Positions 45,685-56,244 are shown, counted from the first letter of the stretch. The stretch: 64,000 nucleotides of DNA from Bacteroidota bacterium (GCA_029564935.1 JAKQPD010000406.1:152-64151), one strand, 5' to 3'. Notes: generated by a model from the sequence alone, not told the origin. Numbers and translations: made by a program.

Positions 45685-48369
45685 ATGCATAAACTGAACG
45701 CAATGAAATATAAATATGTATTATTCCTGTTGCTGATCTTCACAGAGATACATTCACAGGTCGCAGTTGTTCCAGGAACAACCACAAATTCGAGACAATT
45801 TCAGCTTCCATATAACAGGCTTGTCAATCCTGCCGGTCTTCAGATTGTCTTTGGCAACGAAGCACGGGAAAATCACACTATGGATCTGTCACTTTCGCCA
45901 GACGGCAAATGGCTGGCTGTTGAGGAAAGATTCAGCATCGTTTTCATAAGTACTGCGGATAACAAGATAAAATACACTTTGTATAATGACCTCAATCCCG
46001 ATCTGAGGGGTGGCCGTAATACCTACTCAGGAATTATCTGGGATACCGATGAAGGCGTCAGCAAAGTCTACTGGAGTTCTGTGGGAAGCGATAACAGGTC
46101 ATTTGTCGTATCGGCCTTCTGGAACGGGGTGATCGCCGGATTTGAAAGGATCTTCACTTATATGCCGGATCAGGGAGCAGATTACGCTCTTGCAAATGAA
46201 GTTCTTATAACAAAAGAATCGGGCAAAAAATTCATATATGTAGTACTCAACGGAAATAATAAAGTCATTAAGCAGGATCTTGTAACAGGCGATACGATCT
46301 GGACAGCTTATCCCGGAGTCGCTCCCTACGGTATTGTGAAAGCAGCCGGAAAAATATATGTGACAAACTGGGCGGGAAGGTATCCTGAGGAAAATGATAA
46401 GGATATTGCCGGGGTTCCCTGGGGTGCGGCCAGGGTGGACAATAATGCAGGCGGGGCTACCAGAGAAGGAAGTGTAGCAGTGATCGATCCTGCCACAGGC
46501 CTTGTAATAAAAGATATCATAACAGGATTACACCCGAATGAAATAATCAGTGACGCGAAAGGAAGATATATTTATGTAACCAATTCAAACAGCGATAATG
46601 TTTCAGTAATAAGTACCGTAACAGACAAGGTTACGGAAACTATTAGTGTCAGACTTCAGCCTGAGATCAATCCCTGGTTCGGAGATTCTCCAAACGGATT
46701 ATGCCTGTCTCATGATCAGCATACACTCTATGTTGCAAATGGAATGGACAATGCCCTTGCAGTAGTTTCTCCTGGTAAGAAAGCCGCCAGGAAAAGCAGG
46801 TTAAAAACGAGCACCGTCACCGGATTCATTCCTACAGGAGCTTATCCGTCAGCTATTTGTATCACTCCATCCGGGATGATATATGTAGGAAATATTGAGG
46901 GAAACGGCATACACATAGGCCTCAAAAATCCCGACGGGGATAATATTATTTATAATTCCCACCACATGATGGCTTCGGTATCGGCATTTCCTGTTCCAGG
47001 GAAACACGATCTCAAAGCATATACAGATACAGTTATTGCTGTTAACGACCTTTCAAGAGCAGTCCTGGCAAGGGAAGCTCCCAGACAAGGTCAGCCACCG
47101 AAACCTGTACCTGACAGGATAGGTGAGCCCTCGCTGTTCAGGCATGTACTTTATATTATTAAAGAAAACAGGACGTATGATCAGCTCCTTGGTGATATGA
47201 AAGAAGGCAAAGGAGATCCGTCGCTATGTACATACGGAGAAGAGGTAACCCCGAACACTCATAAGCTTTGCAGGGAATTCCTTCTTCTCGACAATTTCCA
47301 TGTATCGGGAAAATGTTCTGCAGAAGGTCATCAATGGACTGATGCATCAATAGTTACTGATTATATCGAGAAGAACATGTATGCATGGTTCAGAAGCTAT
47401 CCGCATGTTCAGGAAGATGCTCTTGTATATGCCCCTACCGGATTTATCTGGGATAACGGACTTAAGCACGGAAAATCAGTAAGGATATATGGCGAAGCGG
47501 CATCGCCATATTTTAGCCAGGATAATGTGACATGGACAGATGTTTACAGGAAATATACAAATGGTGAAAAAGTCGAATTTGAAAACCGTACGACTCTGGA
47601 GCCGGTAAAAGACATCCTTTGCCCTTCCTATCCTTCTTACGGACCCCATGTTTTCTCCGATCAGATGAGAGCCGACGAATTCATAAAGGAGCTCAGAAAA
47701 TTTGAAGCGATGGAAGGTGATCAGCTGCCTGAACTTATGATAATGGCTCTTCCTAATGATCACACGGCCGGAACGAGACCAGGCTACCCCACTCCACGTG
47801 CCTTTGTTGCCGATAATGATCTGGCGCTTGGAAGAATTGTCGAAGCTGTATCAAAAAGCAGATTCTGGAATAATACTGTCATCCTGGTTGTTGAGGATGA
47901 TTCACAGGGCGGCTGGGACCACGTTTCCGCTTATCGCACTGCCGCACTTGTAATAAGCCCCTATTCAAGGCTGAAGAAAACGATCAGTACTTTTTACACA
48001 CAGCCTTCGATGGTCAGAACTATCGAACAGATACTTGGAATTCCACCAATGAACATCCAGGATGCAATTGCCAATCCTATGAATGATTGTTTTACAAGCA
48101 GGGCAGATCTTACCCCTTACATTTCAGTCCCCAATAACATTCCATTGGATGAAATGAACAAGCCGTTGTCCTCACTTTCCGGCCGCGAACTGCACTTTGC
48201 CAGAAAAAGCATGCTCCCTGTTTTTGACAGAGTAGATTCAGGCCATGATGACCTCCTTAACAGGATCCTCTGGTATTCAGCCAGAGGTAATGCCCCCTAT
48301 CCTGCAAAATATGCCGGAGCCGTCGGCTCTGATGAAGAAGATGAAGAAGAAACCGAAAATGGCAGGTGA
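45685..48369 (+). CDS. Bifunctional YncE-like beta-propeller / phosphoesterase (PLC-AcpA family) protein
   Basis: Signal peptide. YVTN-type repeats (YVTNSNSDNVSVIS, LYVANGMDNALAVV). Phosphoesterase motifs IIKENRTYDQLLGD, LPNDHTAG and EDDSQGGWDHV. Confidence 0.8.
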   Translation: MHKLNAMKYKYVLFLLLIFTEIHSQVAVVPGTTTNSRQFQLPYNRLVNPAGLQIVFGNEARENHTMDLSLSPDGKWLAVEERFSIVFISTADNKIKYTLYNDLNPDLRGGRNTYSGIIWDTDEGVSKVYWSSVGSDNRSFVVSAFWNGVIAGFERIFTYMPDQGADYALANEVLITKESGKKFIYVVLNGNNKVIKQDLVTGDTIWTAYPGVAPYGIVKAAGKIYVTNWAGRYPEENDKDIAGVPWGAARVDNNAGGATREGSVAVIDPATGLVIKDIITGLHPNEIISDAKGRYIYVTNSNSDNVSVISTVTDKVTETISVRLQPEINPWFGDSPNGLCLSHDQHTLYVANGMDNALAVVSPGKKAARKSRLKTSTVTGFIPTGAYPSAICITPSGMIYVGNIEGNGIHIGLKNPDGDNIIYNSHHMMASVSAFPVPGKHDLKAYTDTVIAVNDLSRAVLAREAPRQGQPPKPVPDRIGEPSLFRHVLYIIKENRTYDQLLGDMKEGKGDPSLCTYGEEVTPNTHKLCREFLLLDNFHVSGKCSAEGHQWTDASIVTDYIEKNMYAWFRSYPHVQEDALVYAPTGFIWDNGLKHGKSVRIYGEAASPYFSQDNVTWTDVYRKYTNGEKVEFENRTTLEPVKDILCPSYPSYGPHVFSDQMRADEFIKELRKFEAMEGDQLPELMIMALPNDHTAGTRPGYPTPRAFVADNDLALGRIVEAVSKSRFWNNTVILVVEDDSQGGWDHVSAYRTAALVISPYSRLKKTISTFYTQPSMVRTIEQILGIPPMNIQDAIANPMNDCFTSRADLTPYISVPNNIPLDEMNKPLSSLSGRELHFARKSMLPVFDRVDSGHDDLLNRILWYSARGNAPYPAKYAGAVGSDEEDEEETENGR

Positions 48370-48402
48370 TCCATACCTTTCTGATCAGATGATTTGCATA
48401 TC

Positions 48403-48465
48403 TACGTATTATAATACGTATTTTAATACATATTTTAATACGTTTTTTAATACATATTTTTTTAT
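48403..48465. repeat. AT-rich 12-13-bp periodic repeat (AATACRTATTTT, 4-5 units)
   Basis: tacgtatta taatacgtatttt aatacatatttt aatacgtttttt aatacatattttttt. Lies 40-100 nt upstream of purL. Confidence 0.85.
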
Positions 48466-48505
48466 AAATCCTTAAACGTTTTTTTCTATTAATCCTCCTG
48501 AAAGA

Positions 48506-51500
48506 ATGATCTTATTTTTTGAAAATCACAGCAAGACGATTATTGCGGCGGGAACATCGGTTGAACCCGACAAAGATCAGATCTCAAAACTTGAGTGGCT
48601 GTTCGGAGATGCCAGGCTGCTTGGTAAGAGCAGGCTGACAGGCAATTTCAGAGGACCCCGTAAAGAGATGATAACTCCCTGGAGCACAAATGCAGTTGAG
48701 ATAACCCAGAATATGGGGATTGAGGGAATTTCACGGATTGAAGAGTTCGTACCCGTATCAGGTAAACCGGTCTGGGATCCTATGCTTCAGGCTATCTACG
48801 ACAGTCTCGGACAGGATCTGTTCACCATTGAGAGAAAGCCTGACCCGGTGCTGGCTGTTGAAAATATCCGTGAATACAATAAGTCTGAAGGACTTGCTCT
48901 GAGTGAAGAAGAGATAGATTACCTTGAAAGACTTAGTATAAGCCTTGGAAGGAAACTTACAGACAGTGAAGTATTCGGATTTTCGCAGGTCAACTCGGAA
49001 CATTGCCGTCACAAGATATTCAACGGGACATTCATAATTGACGGTAAGGAAATGGATAGCTCACTGTTCCAGTTAATAAAGCTTACAACAAAGACCAATC
49101 CCAACAAGGTTGTCTCGGCATATAAGGACAACTGTGCATTCATTGAAGGACCGGTTATTGAACAGTTTGCACCTGCCACGCAGGATAAACCGGACTTTTT
49201 CAGGATAAAAGACTTTAAGGCTGTTCTGTCACTGAAAGCCGAAACACATAATTTCCCTACCACCGTGGAACCCTTCAACGGAGCTTCCACGGGAACAGGC
49301 GGGGAGATACGGGATCGTATAGCCGGGGGGAAAGGTGCATTTCCTGTTGCCGGGACTGCTGTATATATGACCTCATATCCTCGTCCTGAAGGTGGCCGGC
49401 TATGGGAAAAAGCCATAAAAGAACGGCCATGGCTTCATCAGACACCTGAAGATATCCTTATAAAGGCATCGAACGGGGCCAGCGACTTCGGCAATAAATT
49501 CGGACAACCTCTAATCTGCGGATCATTATTCACCTTCGAACATAAAGAGAACAATAAACTGTATGGTTATGATAAGGTCATAATGCTTGCCGGAGGGATA
49601 GGAACAGGGAAGCTGGCTGACAGCGAAAAAAACAGTCCGCAAAAAGGGGATCTGATAATACTGCTTGGCGGAGACAATTACCGGATAGGAATGGGCGGAG
49701 GGGCTGTATCATCAGTGGAAACTGGCAGGTACGATAGCTCCATTGAACTGAATGCGGTTCAGCGGGCCAATCCCGAGATGCAGAAGAGGGTTTATAATGC
49801 GATACGGGCCCTGGGAGAAATGGATAAGAATCCTGTAATCTCGATACATGATCATGGCGCCGGAGGACATCTTAACTGCCTGTCGGAGCTTGTTGAAGCG
49901 ACAGGAGGAAGAATAGATATCAGCAAATTACCTGTAGGTGATGCGACATTGTCGGCAAAAGAAATAATAGGTAATGAGTCGCAGGAACGGATGGGGCTCG
50001 TAATGAAAAAACCATCGGCTGAAATCCTCAGAAAGATCGCTGAGAGGGAAAGAGCGCCATTTTACGTGATTGGGGAAATAACCGGCGACCATCAGTTTAC
50101 ACTTATAAACCCTGTTACCGGAGAAAAACCCGTTGACATAAAGCTTGAATCACTTTTCGGCGATCCTCCTAAAACAGTAATGAATGATGTAACAATTCCT
50201 TCATCATTCAGGAAAGTAGAATACAAGCAGGATCTTATTAATGAGTACATTGAAAGGGTTCTGAGCATTGAAGAGGTTGCCTGCAAAGACTGGCTTACAA
50301 ATAAGGTTGACAGGTCGGTAACCGGCAGGATAGCGAAACAACAATGCGCTGGACCGCTTCAGCTTCCTCTTAATAATCCGGGGGTTATTTCACTTGATTA
50401 TAAGGGCAGATACGGAATGGCAACATCCATAGGCCATGCTCCGGTTGCAGCTCTGGCTGATCCGGCAGCGGGGTCGGTCCTGGCAATTGCCGAAGCTTTA
50501 ACAAACATTATCTGGGCCCCTCTCACCGACAGCCTGAAAAGTGTTTCCCTTTCTGCAAACTGGATGTGGCCATGTAAAAACAAGGGCGAGGATGCAAGGC
50601 TATATTCAGCAGTAAAAGCTGCCAGCGATTTTGCAATTGCTCTGGGTATAAATATACCAACTGGTAAAGACAGCCTTTCGATGACCCAGAAATACAGTGA
50701 TGTGGTTGTCTATTCACCGGGTACTGTCATAATTTCCGCTTCAGGGGAAGTAAATGACATAAGAAGAATTGTCGAACCGGTAGTTGTAAATGATCCGTAT
50801 TCAAGCCTCCTGTACATTGATATGAGCAGGGATTCCTTCAGGCCGGGAGGCAGCAGCTTTGCCCAGGTATTGAACAGTGTCGGTGATGAAATCCCTACTG
50901 TAAAGGACCCGGGATACTTCGCCGAAGTATTTGAATGTATACAGGAACTGATCCGTGAAGACAAGGTAATGGCGGGTCATGATATTTCTGCCGGAGGCAT
51001 GGTGACAACCCTTCTTGAAATGTGTTTCTCAAACACAAACGGAGGATTATCTGTTGATATTTCCGCAATTGATGAAGCTGATACAGTTAAGATACTTTTC
51101 AGCCAGAATCCGGGAATTATAATACAGGTAAAGGATGTGAATGATGTCTCGGAACGCCTTCTTGAAAATGGAATATCATACTATGCAATAGGTCATCCAG
51201 TTAATGAAAGAACCCTGACTGTCACCCATGGCGCTTTTTCGGAAACATATGATATTGATGTCCTTCGCGATATCTGGTTCAAAACATCATATTTTCTCGA
51301 CAGGCGGCAGACCGCACCCGATCTTGCCCTCGAACGATTCCTGAACTATAAGAATCATTCCCTCAACCTCAACCTCGACCTTAACCTTAAACATGACTGG
51401 ACTTTCAGGTCTCTCGGTGTTTCACCATCACGGAGGAAAAAGAGTGGTATAAAGGCTGCAATAATCAGGGAAAAGGGAGTTAACGGAGACCGTGAGATGG

Positions 51501-52198
51501 CTTATGTGCTTTACCTTGCCGGGTTCGATGTGAAAGATGTCCATATGACAGATCTGATGTCGGGCAGGGAGACGCTTGAGGACATCAGCATGATAGTTTT
51601 TGTGGGAGGATTTTCAAATTCCGATGTCCTCGGTTCAGCCAAAGGATGGGCAGGAGCTTTCAGATATAACGGATCTGCCGGAAAAGCACTTGAGAATTTT
51701 TACAGAAGAAGAGACACTCTTTCACTGGGAGTTTGTAATGGCTGTCAGCTTATGGCTGAACTGGGACTGATATGTCCGGATCATGAAGAGATGCCAAAAC
51801 TCCTGCATAATAAATCGGGGAAGTTTGAATCAATATTTCTCAATGTAAGGATACAGGAAAACAAGTCTGTTATGCTCGGCAGTCTGTCCGGTATGGAGCT
51901 CGGCGTCTGGGTTGCACATGGGGAAGGGCAGTTCAGGTTGCCGTACAATGAGGAAAAATATAACATTCCTGTTAAATATTCCCATCATACTTATCCGGCC
52001 AATCCGAACGGTTCTGATTATGATGCGGCTGCGCTTTGTTCTGATGACGGCAGGCATCTTATAATGATGCCACATCCTGAAAGGGCTTTCTTACCATGGC
52101 AATGTGGCTGGTATCCGGCAGACAGGAAAAAAGATGAAGTCACTCCCTGGTTAAAGGCATTTGTAAATGCCCGCAGGTGGATAGAAGAGAACATGTAG
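48506..52198 (+). CDS. purL: Phosphoribosylformylglycinamidine synthase, single-chain large form
   Basis: 1230 aa. NSEHCRHKIF, ETHNFPT, SGGEIRD-like GTGGEIRDR, and C-terminal glutaminase motifs GVCNGCQLM and PHPER. Confidence 0.95.
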   Translation: MILFFENHSKTIIAAGTSVEPDKDQISKLEWLFGDARLLGKSRLTGNFRGPRKEMITPWSTNAVEITQNMGIEGISRIEEFVPVSGKPVWDPMLQAIYDSLGQDLFTIERKPDPVLAVENIREYNKSEGLALSEEEIDYLERLSISLGRKLTDSEVFGFSQVNSEHCRHKIFNGTFIIDGKEMDSSLFQLIKLTTKTNPNKVVSAYKDNCAFIEGPVIEQFAPATQDKPDFFRIKDFKAVLSLKAETHNFPTTVEPFNGASTGTGGEIRDRIAGGKGAFPVAGTAVYMTSYPRPEGGRLWEKAIKERPWLHQTPEDILIKASNGASDFGNKFGQPLICGSLFTFEHKENNKLYGYDKVIMLAGGIGTGKLADSEKNSPQKGDLIILLGGDNYRIGMGGGAVSSVETGRYDSSIELNAVQRANPEMQKRVYNAIRALGEMDKNPVISIHDHGAGGHLNCLSELVEATGGRIDISKLPVGDATLSAKEIIGNESQERMGLVMKKPSAEILRKIAERERAPFYVIGEITGDHQFTLINPVTGEKPVDIKLESLFGDPPKTVMNDVTIPSSFRKVEYKQDLINEYIERVLSIEEVACKDWLTNKVDRSVTGRIAKQQCAGPLQLPLNNPGVISLDYKGRYGMATSIGHAPVAALADPAAGSVLAIAEALTNIIWAPLTDSLKSVSLSANWMWPCKNKGEDARLYSAVKAASDFAIALGINIPTGKDSLSMTQKYSDVVVYSPGTVIISASGEVNDIRRIVEPVVVNDPYSSLLYIDMSRDSFRPGGSSFAQVLNSVGDEIPTVKDPGYFAEVFECIQELIREDKVMAGHDISAGGMVTTLLEMCFSNTNGGLSVDISAIDEADTVKILFSQNPGIIIQVKDVNDVSERLLENGISYYAIGHPVNERTLTVTHGAFSETYDIDVLRDIWFKTSYFLDRRQTAPDLALERFLNYKNHSLNLNLDLNLKHDWTFRSLGVSPSRRKKSGIKAAIIREKGVNGDREMAYVLYLAGFDVKDVHMTDLMSGRETLEDISMIVFVGGFSNSDVLGSAKGWAGAFRYNGSAGKALENFYRRRDTLSLGVCNGCQLMAELGLICPDHEEMPKLLHNKSGKFESIFLNVRIQENKSVMLGSLSGMELGVWVAHGEGQFRLPYNEEKYNIPVKYSHHTYPANPNGSDYDAAALCSDDGRHLIMMPHPERAFLPWQCGWYPADRKKDEVTPWLKAFVNARRWIEENM

Positions 52199-52226
52199 AA
52201 AAAAAAAGGGCTGCCATTCGCAGCCC
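52199..52226. terminator. Hairpin terminator between convergent genes (T-run on the minus strand)
   Basis: A9, then GGGCTGC-cattc-GCAGCCC. Read on the minus strand, the stem is followed by T9. Confidence 0.7.
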
Positions 52227-52246
52227 ATCGCCAGGAAATTTACCTT

Positions 52247-52798
52247 TTATCTTTTGACAGGAGTGAATGAAACAGAGAGGAGCTTTGATAAATCCTCTTT
52301 TGAACCATCTCCCATAGATGCATCCTTTGGCAGGATCTGTTCGCTAATGACCTGTATCTGAAATTCTCCGGTATCTTTAATATACATTGATCCGATAAAT
52401 GAATCTGCTCTGTAGTATGGATATGATACCTCGCTTGAATTCCTTATTATCTTATCCGGGGCAGGACGGCCTTCAATCCTGGTCTCATGAACACTGACAA
52501 GTACTTTATTCTTGTAATTAAGATCAGTTGTATCACGTGTGGCACTTGACAGCCATACATTGTACCTTCCGGATTTTGAAACAATAACGTTCCATTCTGC
52601 AGTATTTTCTGAAGGATCCTGTGTGTCACTGTAACAATCAGCATTATCCAGCTGTAAAGAAATGGTACCGTCGGGCTGCTGAATGATTTTTTTCACCGTT
52701 GCATTTTCATCTGCAGTCTTTGTATCATTATTCCCGCATGAAGATAAAATGCCAAGTCCTGTTATTGTCACAATAAAAAAATAGAATAATCTTTTCAT
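52247..52798 (-). CDS. Hypothetical lipoprotein
   Basis: 183 aa with lipobox LSSC. No family recognised. Confidence 0.6.
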   Translation of the reverse strand: MKRLFYFFIVTITGLGILSSCGNNDTKTADENATVKKIIQQPDGTISLQLDNADCYSDTQDPSENTAEWNVIVSKSGRYNVWLSSATRDTTDLNYKNKVLVSVHETRIEGRPAPDKIIRNSSEVSYPYYRADSFIGSMYIKDTGEFQIQVISEQILPKDASMGDGSKEDLSKLLSVSFTPVKR

Positions 52799-52974
52799 GC
52801 CTTTTTTAAAGATTTTTTTGGTTTACTGCATATAGAACGTTACAAAAACCATTCCATTGTACACGAATAAAATTTTAAATTATTAAATAAATTATTTAAA
52901 AAATAAGGGGCTCATTTTGACACGCAAAGATATAAATGTAAAGTATAACAGATGAAGATATGGTGAAAAAATCA

Positions 52975-54876
52975 TCAAATGATTGCAGTTGCCTTGAGTC
53001 TGGATAATTTCTTTTCAGATGTATTTTTTACCGGATCCTGAATAACAAGGGCTTCGGCAACAATTTCAGCTATATCGGCCACTTTGGTTTCAGTAGCTCC
53101 TGCAAAAGTTTTTTTACACAGAGGACAGGCAGTGGCAAGAATATCCGGATTATCTTTTGTAAGTTCAGCAGCTGCGTCAGATGCAATCTTATTCTTCTGC
53201 TGATAACTTATCCTTGTATTTCCGAGGCTTCCTCCGCAGCATAGTGAATTTTCATCGTCAAATCCGGTTTTCAGAAGACGGGCGACATGCATCAGTACCC
53301 TTTTCGGATCATCATAAACACCGGATCGTCTCCCGAGTTCGCAGGGAGTATGATATGCAATTGTTTTACGAAGGAAATTCAGCTTTATTGAACCTTCAAG
53401 GATAAGACGTCTGATGAACTGTGTATGATGCAGAATTTCAACATCGAGATAATAGCTTTCCCTGAATACTTTATAGCAGATCGGGCATGAAGTAACCAGT
53501 ATCTTTGCTCCTGATTTCCAAATAGCCCGTGAATTATAATTAATCAGCTCCCTTGCTTCCCTGTCCTGGCCGGCAAGCATGAGAGGGCGGCCACAACATA
53601 CTCCTCCGTCTTCATCGATAAAATTATAATTTACGCCCGATGCTTCAAGAATCTTTTTCATTGCAATCTTAATTGCCGGAGTAAGATGTGTCATACATCC
53701 TGCAAAGTATATTACATCGGCTTTTGCAGGGTCTGTTTCGGGAAGCCAGTTATATGAAGGACTTGTTGCCGGTTTGGATCTTATATTGAAGGAGTGGTCG
53801 GGAAAATATCTTTTCAGGAGACCCGGATTGCTTACAGGAGTTTCCGTTATCCTTCTTGCGTTCATCCTGATCGGAGTGAGTTCTATTCCCACAGGACATT
53901 TCTGATCACATCGTCCGCACATCAGGCAGTTATCAGCAATATTGCTCACATCAGTTTCATTTCTTAATCCTTTCAGCAGGTAAGCTGACTGAATGTTTAT
54001 TATACCGGCAGAAAAGTTAAGCTGGCAGGCATCGATACAGATACCGCATGAGGAGCATGAATAGATCTGCATTTCCTGGAAAGCACCCGGCTGGTCGCCT
54101 GTTCTGATACCTGAATTCCTGGCAAAAATAAGGAAGAGCTCAGTCGGAATATGCATATAACGGGTGAGAGGGAGAAGGACGAAGAATGTTCCAAGTGAAA
54201 GTGAATAGAGCCACCAGAAAGGGTAAGCCATTTCTATTGCAGGGAGAAAGGATGCCAGGGCAGAACCGAGAGTTCCCGTAAGAAAGCTGCCCGTTCCGTA
54301 TGCCCCGCTTGTGAAACTTTCTGCAAGGAGCCGGCTTGGGAAGATGAGCCACAAGGATGTAAGAGCGACCTTGTCGAGGGGTTTCAGCTTTGTTGTTCTT
54401 TTCATTCCTACTACCGGTGACCAGAATCTTTTAATGACTGCCAGGATAAGACCGGAAAGAATGAATGCCAGGATAAAATCCATCAGGAAACCATAAGCAG
54501 CTTCTATTCCCATTCTTCCGTGAACCGGATTAAAGAACTTGAAAAATATAGCCTTATACGGAGAATTGAGATGTGATTCTCCGAAGACGTCAGCTTCTAT
54601 TGTCCCGAACAAAATAAGAAGGAACCATCCGAAAGCCAGGCTCATATGCATGTATCCCAGCCGGAAATTGGTTTTAAGTATTTTCCTGTGGATAAGGCTT
54701 TCGAGGAATATTTCCTTAATGCTCTGGCCGAATGCCCGTCCGAAGAATCCTCTCTGAAGTCTGAGCTTGTCGGAACGGGAAAGTGCCCTGAACCAGATTA
54801 TACTTCTGGCCACCGCATAAATCAGGATGAAATAGAGGCCAATATTAAAAGGTATTATAAAAGGATCAAACTGCAT
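52975..54876 (-). CDS. Fusion of an N-terminal polytopic membrane domain (HdrE/NarI/DsrM-like?) with an HdrD/DsrK-like Fe-S + 2xCCG domain
   Basis: 633 aa. About 6 hydrophobic helices lie in the first 250 aa, with His in the helices (YMHMSLAFGW, RYMHIPTE). Then CSSCGICIDAC and CLMCGRCDQKCP. CCG motifs are GVCCGRP and SLCCGGSLG. Confidence 0.8.
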   Translation of the reverse strand: MQFDPFIIPFNIGLYFILIYAVARSIIWFRALSRSDKLRLQRGFFGRAFGQSIKEIFLESLIHRKILKTNFRLGYMHMSLAFGWFLLILFGTIEADVFGESHLNSPYKAIFFKFFNPVHGRMGIEAAYGFLMDFILAFILSGLILAVIKRFWSPVVGMKRTTKLKPLDKVALTSLWLIFPSRLLAESFTSGAYGTGSFLTGTLGSALASFLPAIEMAYPFWWLYSLSLGTFFVLLPLTRYMHIPTELFLIFARNSGIRTGDQPGAFQEMQIYSCSSCGICIDACQLNFSAGIINIQSAYLLKGLRNETDVSNIADNCLMCGRCDQKCPVGIELTPIRMNARRITETPVSNPGLLKRYFPDHSFNIRSKPATSPSYNWLPETDPAKADVIYFAGCMTHLTPAIKIAMKKILEASGVNYNFIDEDGGVCCGRPLMLAGQDREARELINYNSRAIWKSGAKILVTSCPICYKVFRESYYLDVEILHHTQFIRRLILEGSIKLNFLRKTIAYHTPCELGRRSGVYDDPKRVLMHVARLLKTGFDDENSLCCGGSLGNTRISYQQKNKIASDAAAELTKDNPDILATACPLCKKTFAGATETKVADIAEIVAEALVIQDPVKNTSEKKLSRLKATAII

Positions 54877-55210
54877 TTTTCAATCTTTTTTGAAAAGCTT
54901 CCCTTGCAAGTAAAATCACGTTTCTTGTATTGACACCGCGGGGGCAGGCAAGAGTACATTTACCACATAGCATGCATTTATTGATGACCTCGCGTACACT
55001 CTCATTTTCACCGCGTTTAAGCAATATCTGAAGTTCCCTCAGACTGAACCGGGTAAAATTGCCTGTCGTACAGGTAGCAGTGCAGCATCCGCATTCAATA
55101 CATATCCTGAAACTTGGTTCCCTCTCGGAGATGTATTCAGCAATACTCTTATCATTCGAATCATAATTGATATGTCTGGCTTTCAATATAGAAAATCCGA
55201 ATTTCTCCAT
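54866..55210 (-). CDS. Small HdrC-like 2x[4Fe-4S] protein
   Basis: 114 aa. CIECGCCTATC and CMLCGKCTLACPRG. Confidence 0.75.
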   Translation of the reverse strand: MEKFGFSILKARHINYDSNDKSIAEYISEREPSFRICIECGCCTATCTTGNFTRFSLRELQILLKRGENESVREVINKCMLCGKCTLACPRGVNTRNVILLAREAFQKRLKNAV

Positions 55211-56244
55211 CAGCTTTCCTGGTTTCTGAAATAATCTATTACATCTGCAGCTGCAGCCCGCGCATGAGAAATAGTATCGGTGATATTCATGGGTGCCGTG
55301 CAGGCGCCTGCATAAAATACACCGTCTGTTTTGCTTTTATTACTACCGAAATGATGATCGGCCGGTGCGAAAAACCGGTTCTCGCCTGTCTGAAGTCCTG
55401 ATGATCTTGCCAGATCAAGACCGCTTTTAGACATTTCCATCCCGGCCATCAGCACCAGCATATCAAGTTCCATTTTCAGGGGTCTGCCGGCCAGAGTGTC
55501 TTCAACTTTCACAACAAGTTTATTTTCAATATTCTCCGATACTTCCGATAACTTCCCCCTGATATAATTTATCCCGTATTTTTCCTGGGACTCCTTGTAC
55601 AGTTCTTCATACATGGCTCCACCCATTCTCATATCCATGTAAAAGCAGAAAACTCTGGCATCAGGAATATGTTTCTTTACCTCCATTGCCTGCTTGACTG
55701 CTGTTATACAACACAGCTTTGAACAATATACATTACCGACCTTTTCATCTCTTGATCCCACGCAATGGATAAATCCGACTTTCCGGGGTATTTCTCCGTT
55801 ATGCCTTCTTATTTCATTCTTCCTGAACAATGTTTCAAGATCGGCTGAAGTAATTATATTATCATAAATACCGTAGCCATATTCTTCCTTCCTCTCGCTC
55901 CGGAAAAGGTCAAAACCTGTTGCGACTATTATTGCATCAGACTTTATTTCACCGTCACCGGATGTTTTTATCACAAATAAACCGTTATTTTTCTCAAGGC
56001 GCTGAACGGTAATTCCTGTACGCAGAGTTACATTTTTATGTCCGGCCTGTTTCTTAAGATACTCAATAACCTCCTTGCTGTCGCGTCTGTCGGGGAACAG
56101 ATGATACCAGTCCTTGACGTGTCCTCCTGTCTGGCCATCTTTTTCAAGCAGAGTAACCAAATAACCGGATCTGGCAAGCTGGCCTGCTGCTTCCATTCCG
56201 GCAGCACCTGCTCCAATTACTGCAATATGTTTTTTCTCAGGCAT
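55210..56244 (-). CDS. hdrA: Short HdrA-like FAD/[4Fe-4S] oxidoreductase
   Basis: 344 aa. VIGAGAAGMEAA dinucleotide fold. HdrA cluster signature CVGSRDEKVGNVYCSKLCC. Confidence 0.85.
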   Translation of the reverse strand: MPEKKHIAVIGAGAAGMEAAGQLARSGYLVTLLEKDGQTGGHVKDWYHLFPDRRDSKEVIEYLKKQAGHKNVTLRTGITVQRLEKNNGLFVIKTSGDGEIKSDAIIVATGFDLFRSERKEEYGYGIYDNIITSADLETLFRKNEIRRHNGEIPRKVGFIHCVGSRDEKVGNVYCSKLCCITAVKQAMEVKKHIPDARVFCFYMDMRMGGAMYEELYKESQEKYGINYIRGKLSEVSENIENKLVVKVEDTLAGRPLKMELDMLVLMAGMEMSKSGLDLARSSGLQTGENRFFAPADHHFGSNKSKTDGVFYAGACTAPMNITDTISHARAAAADVIDYFRNQES

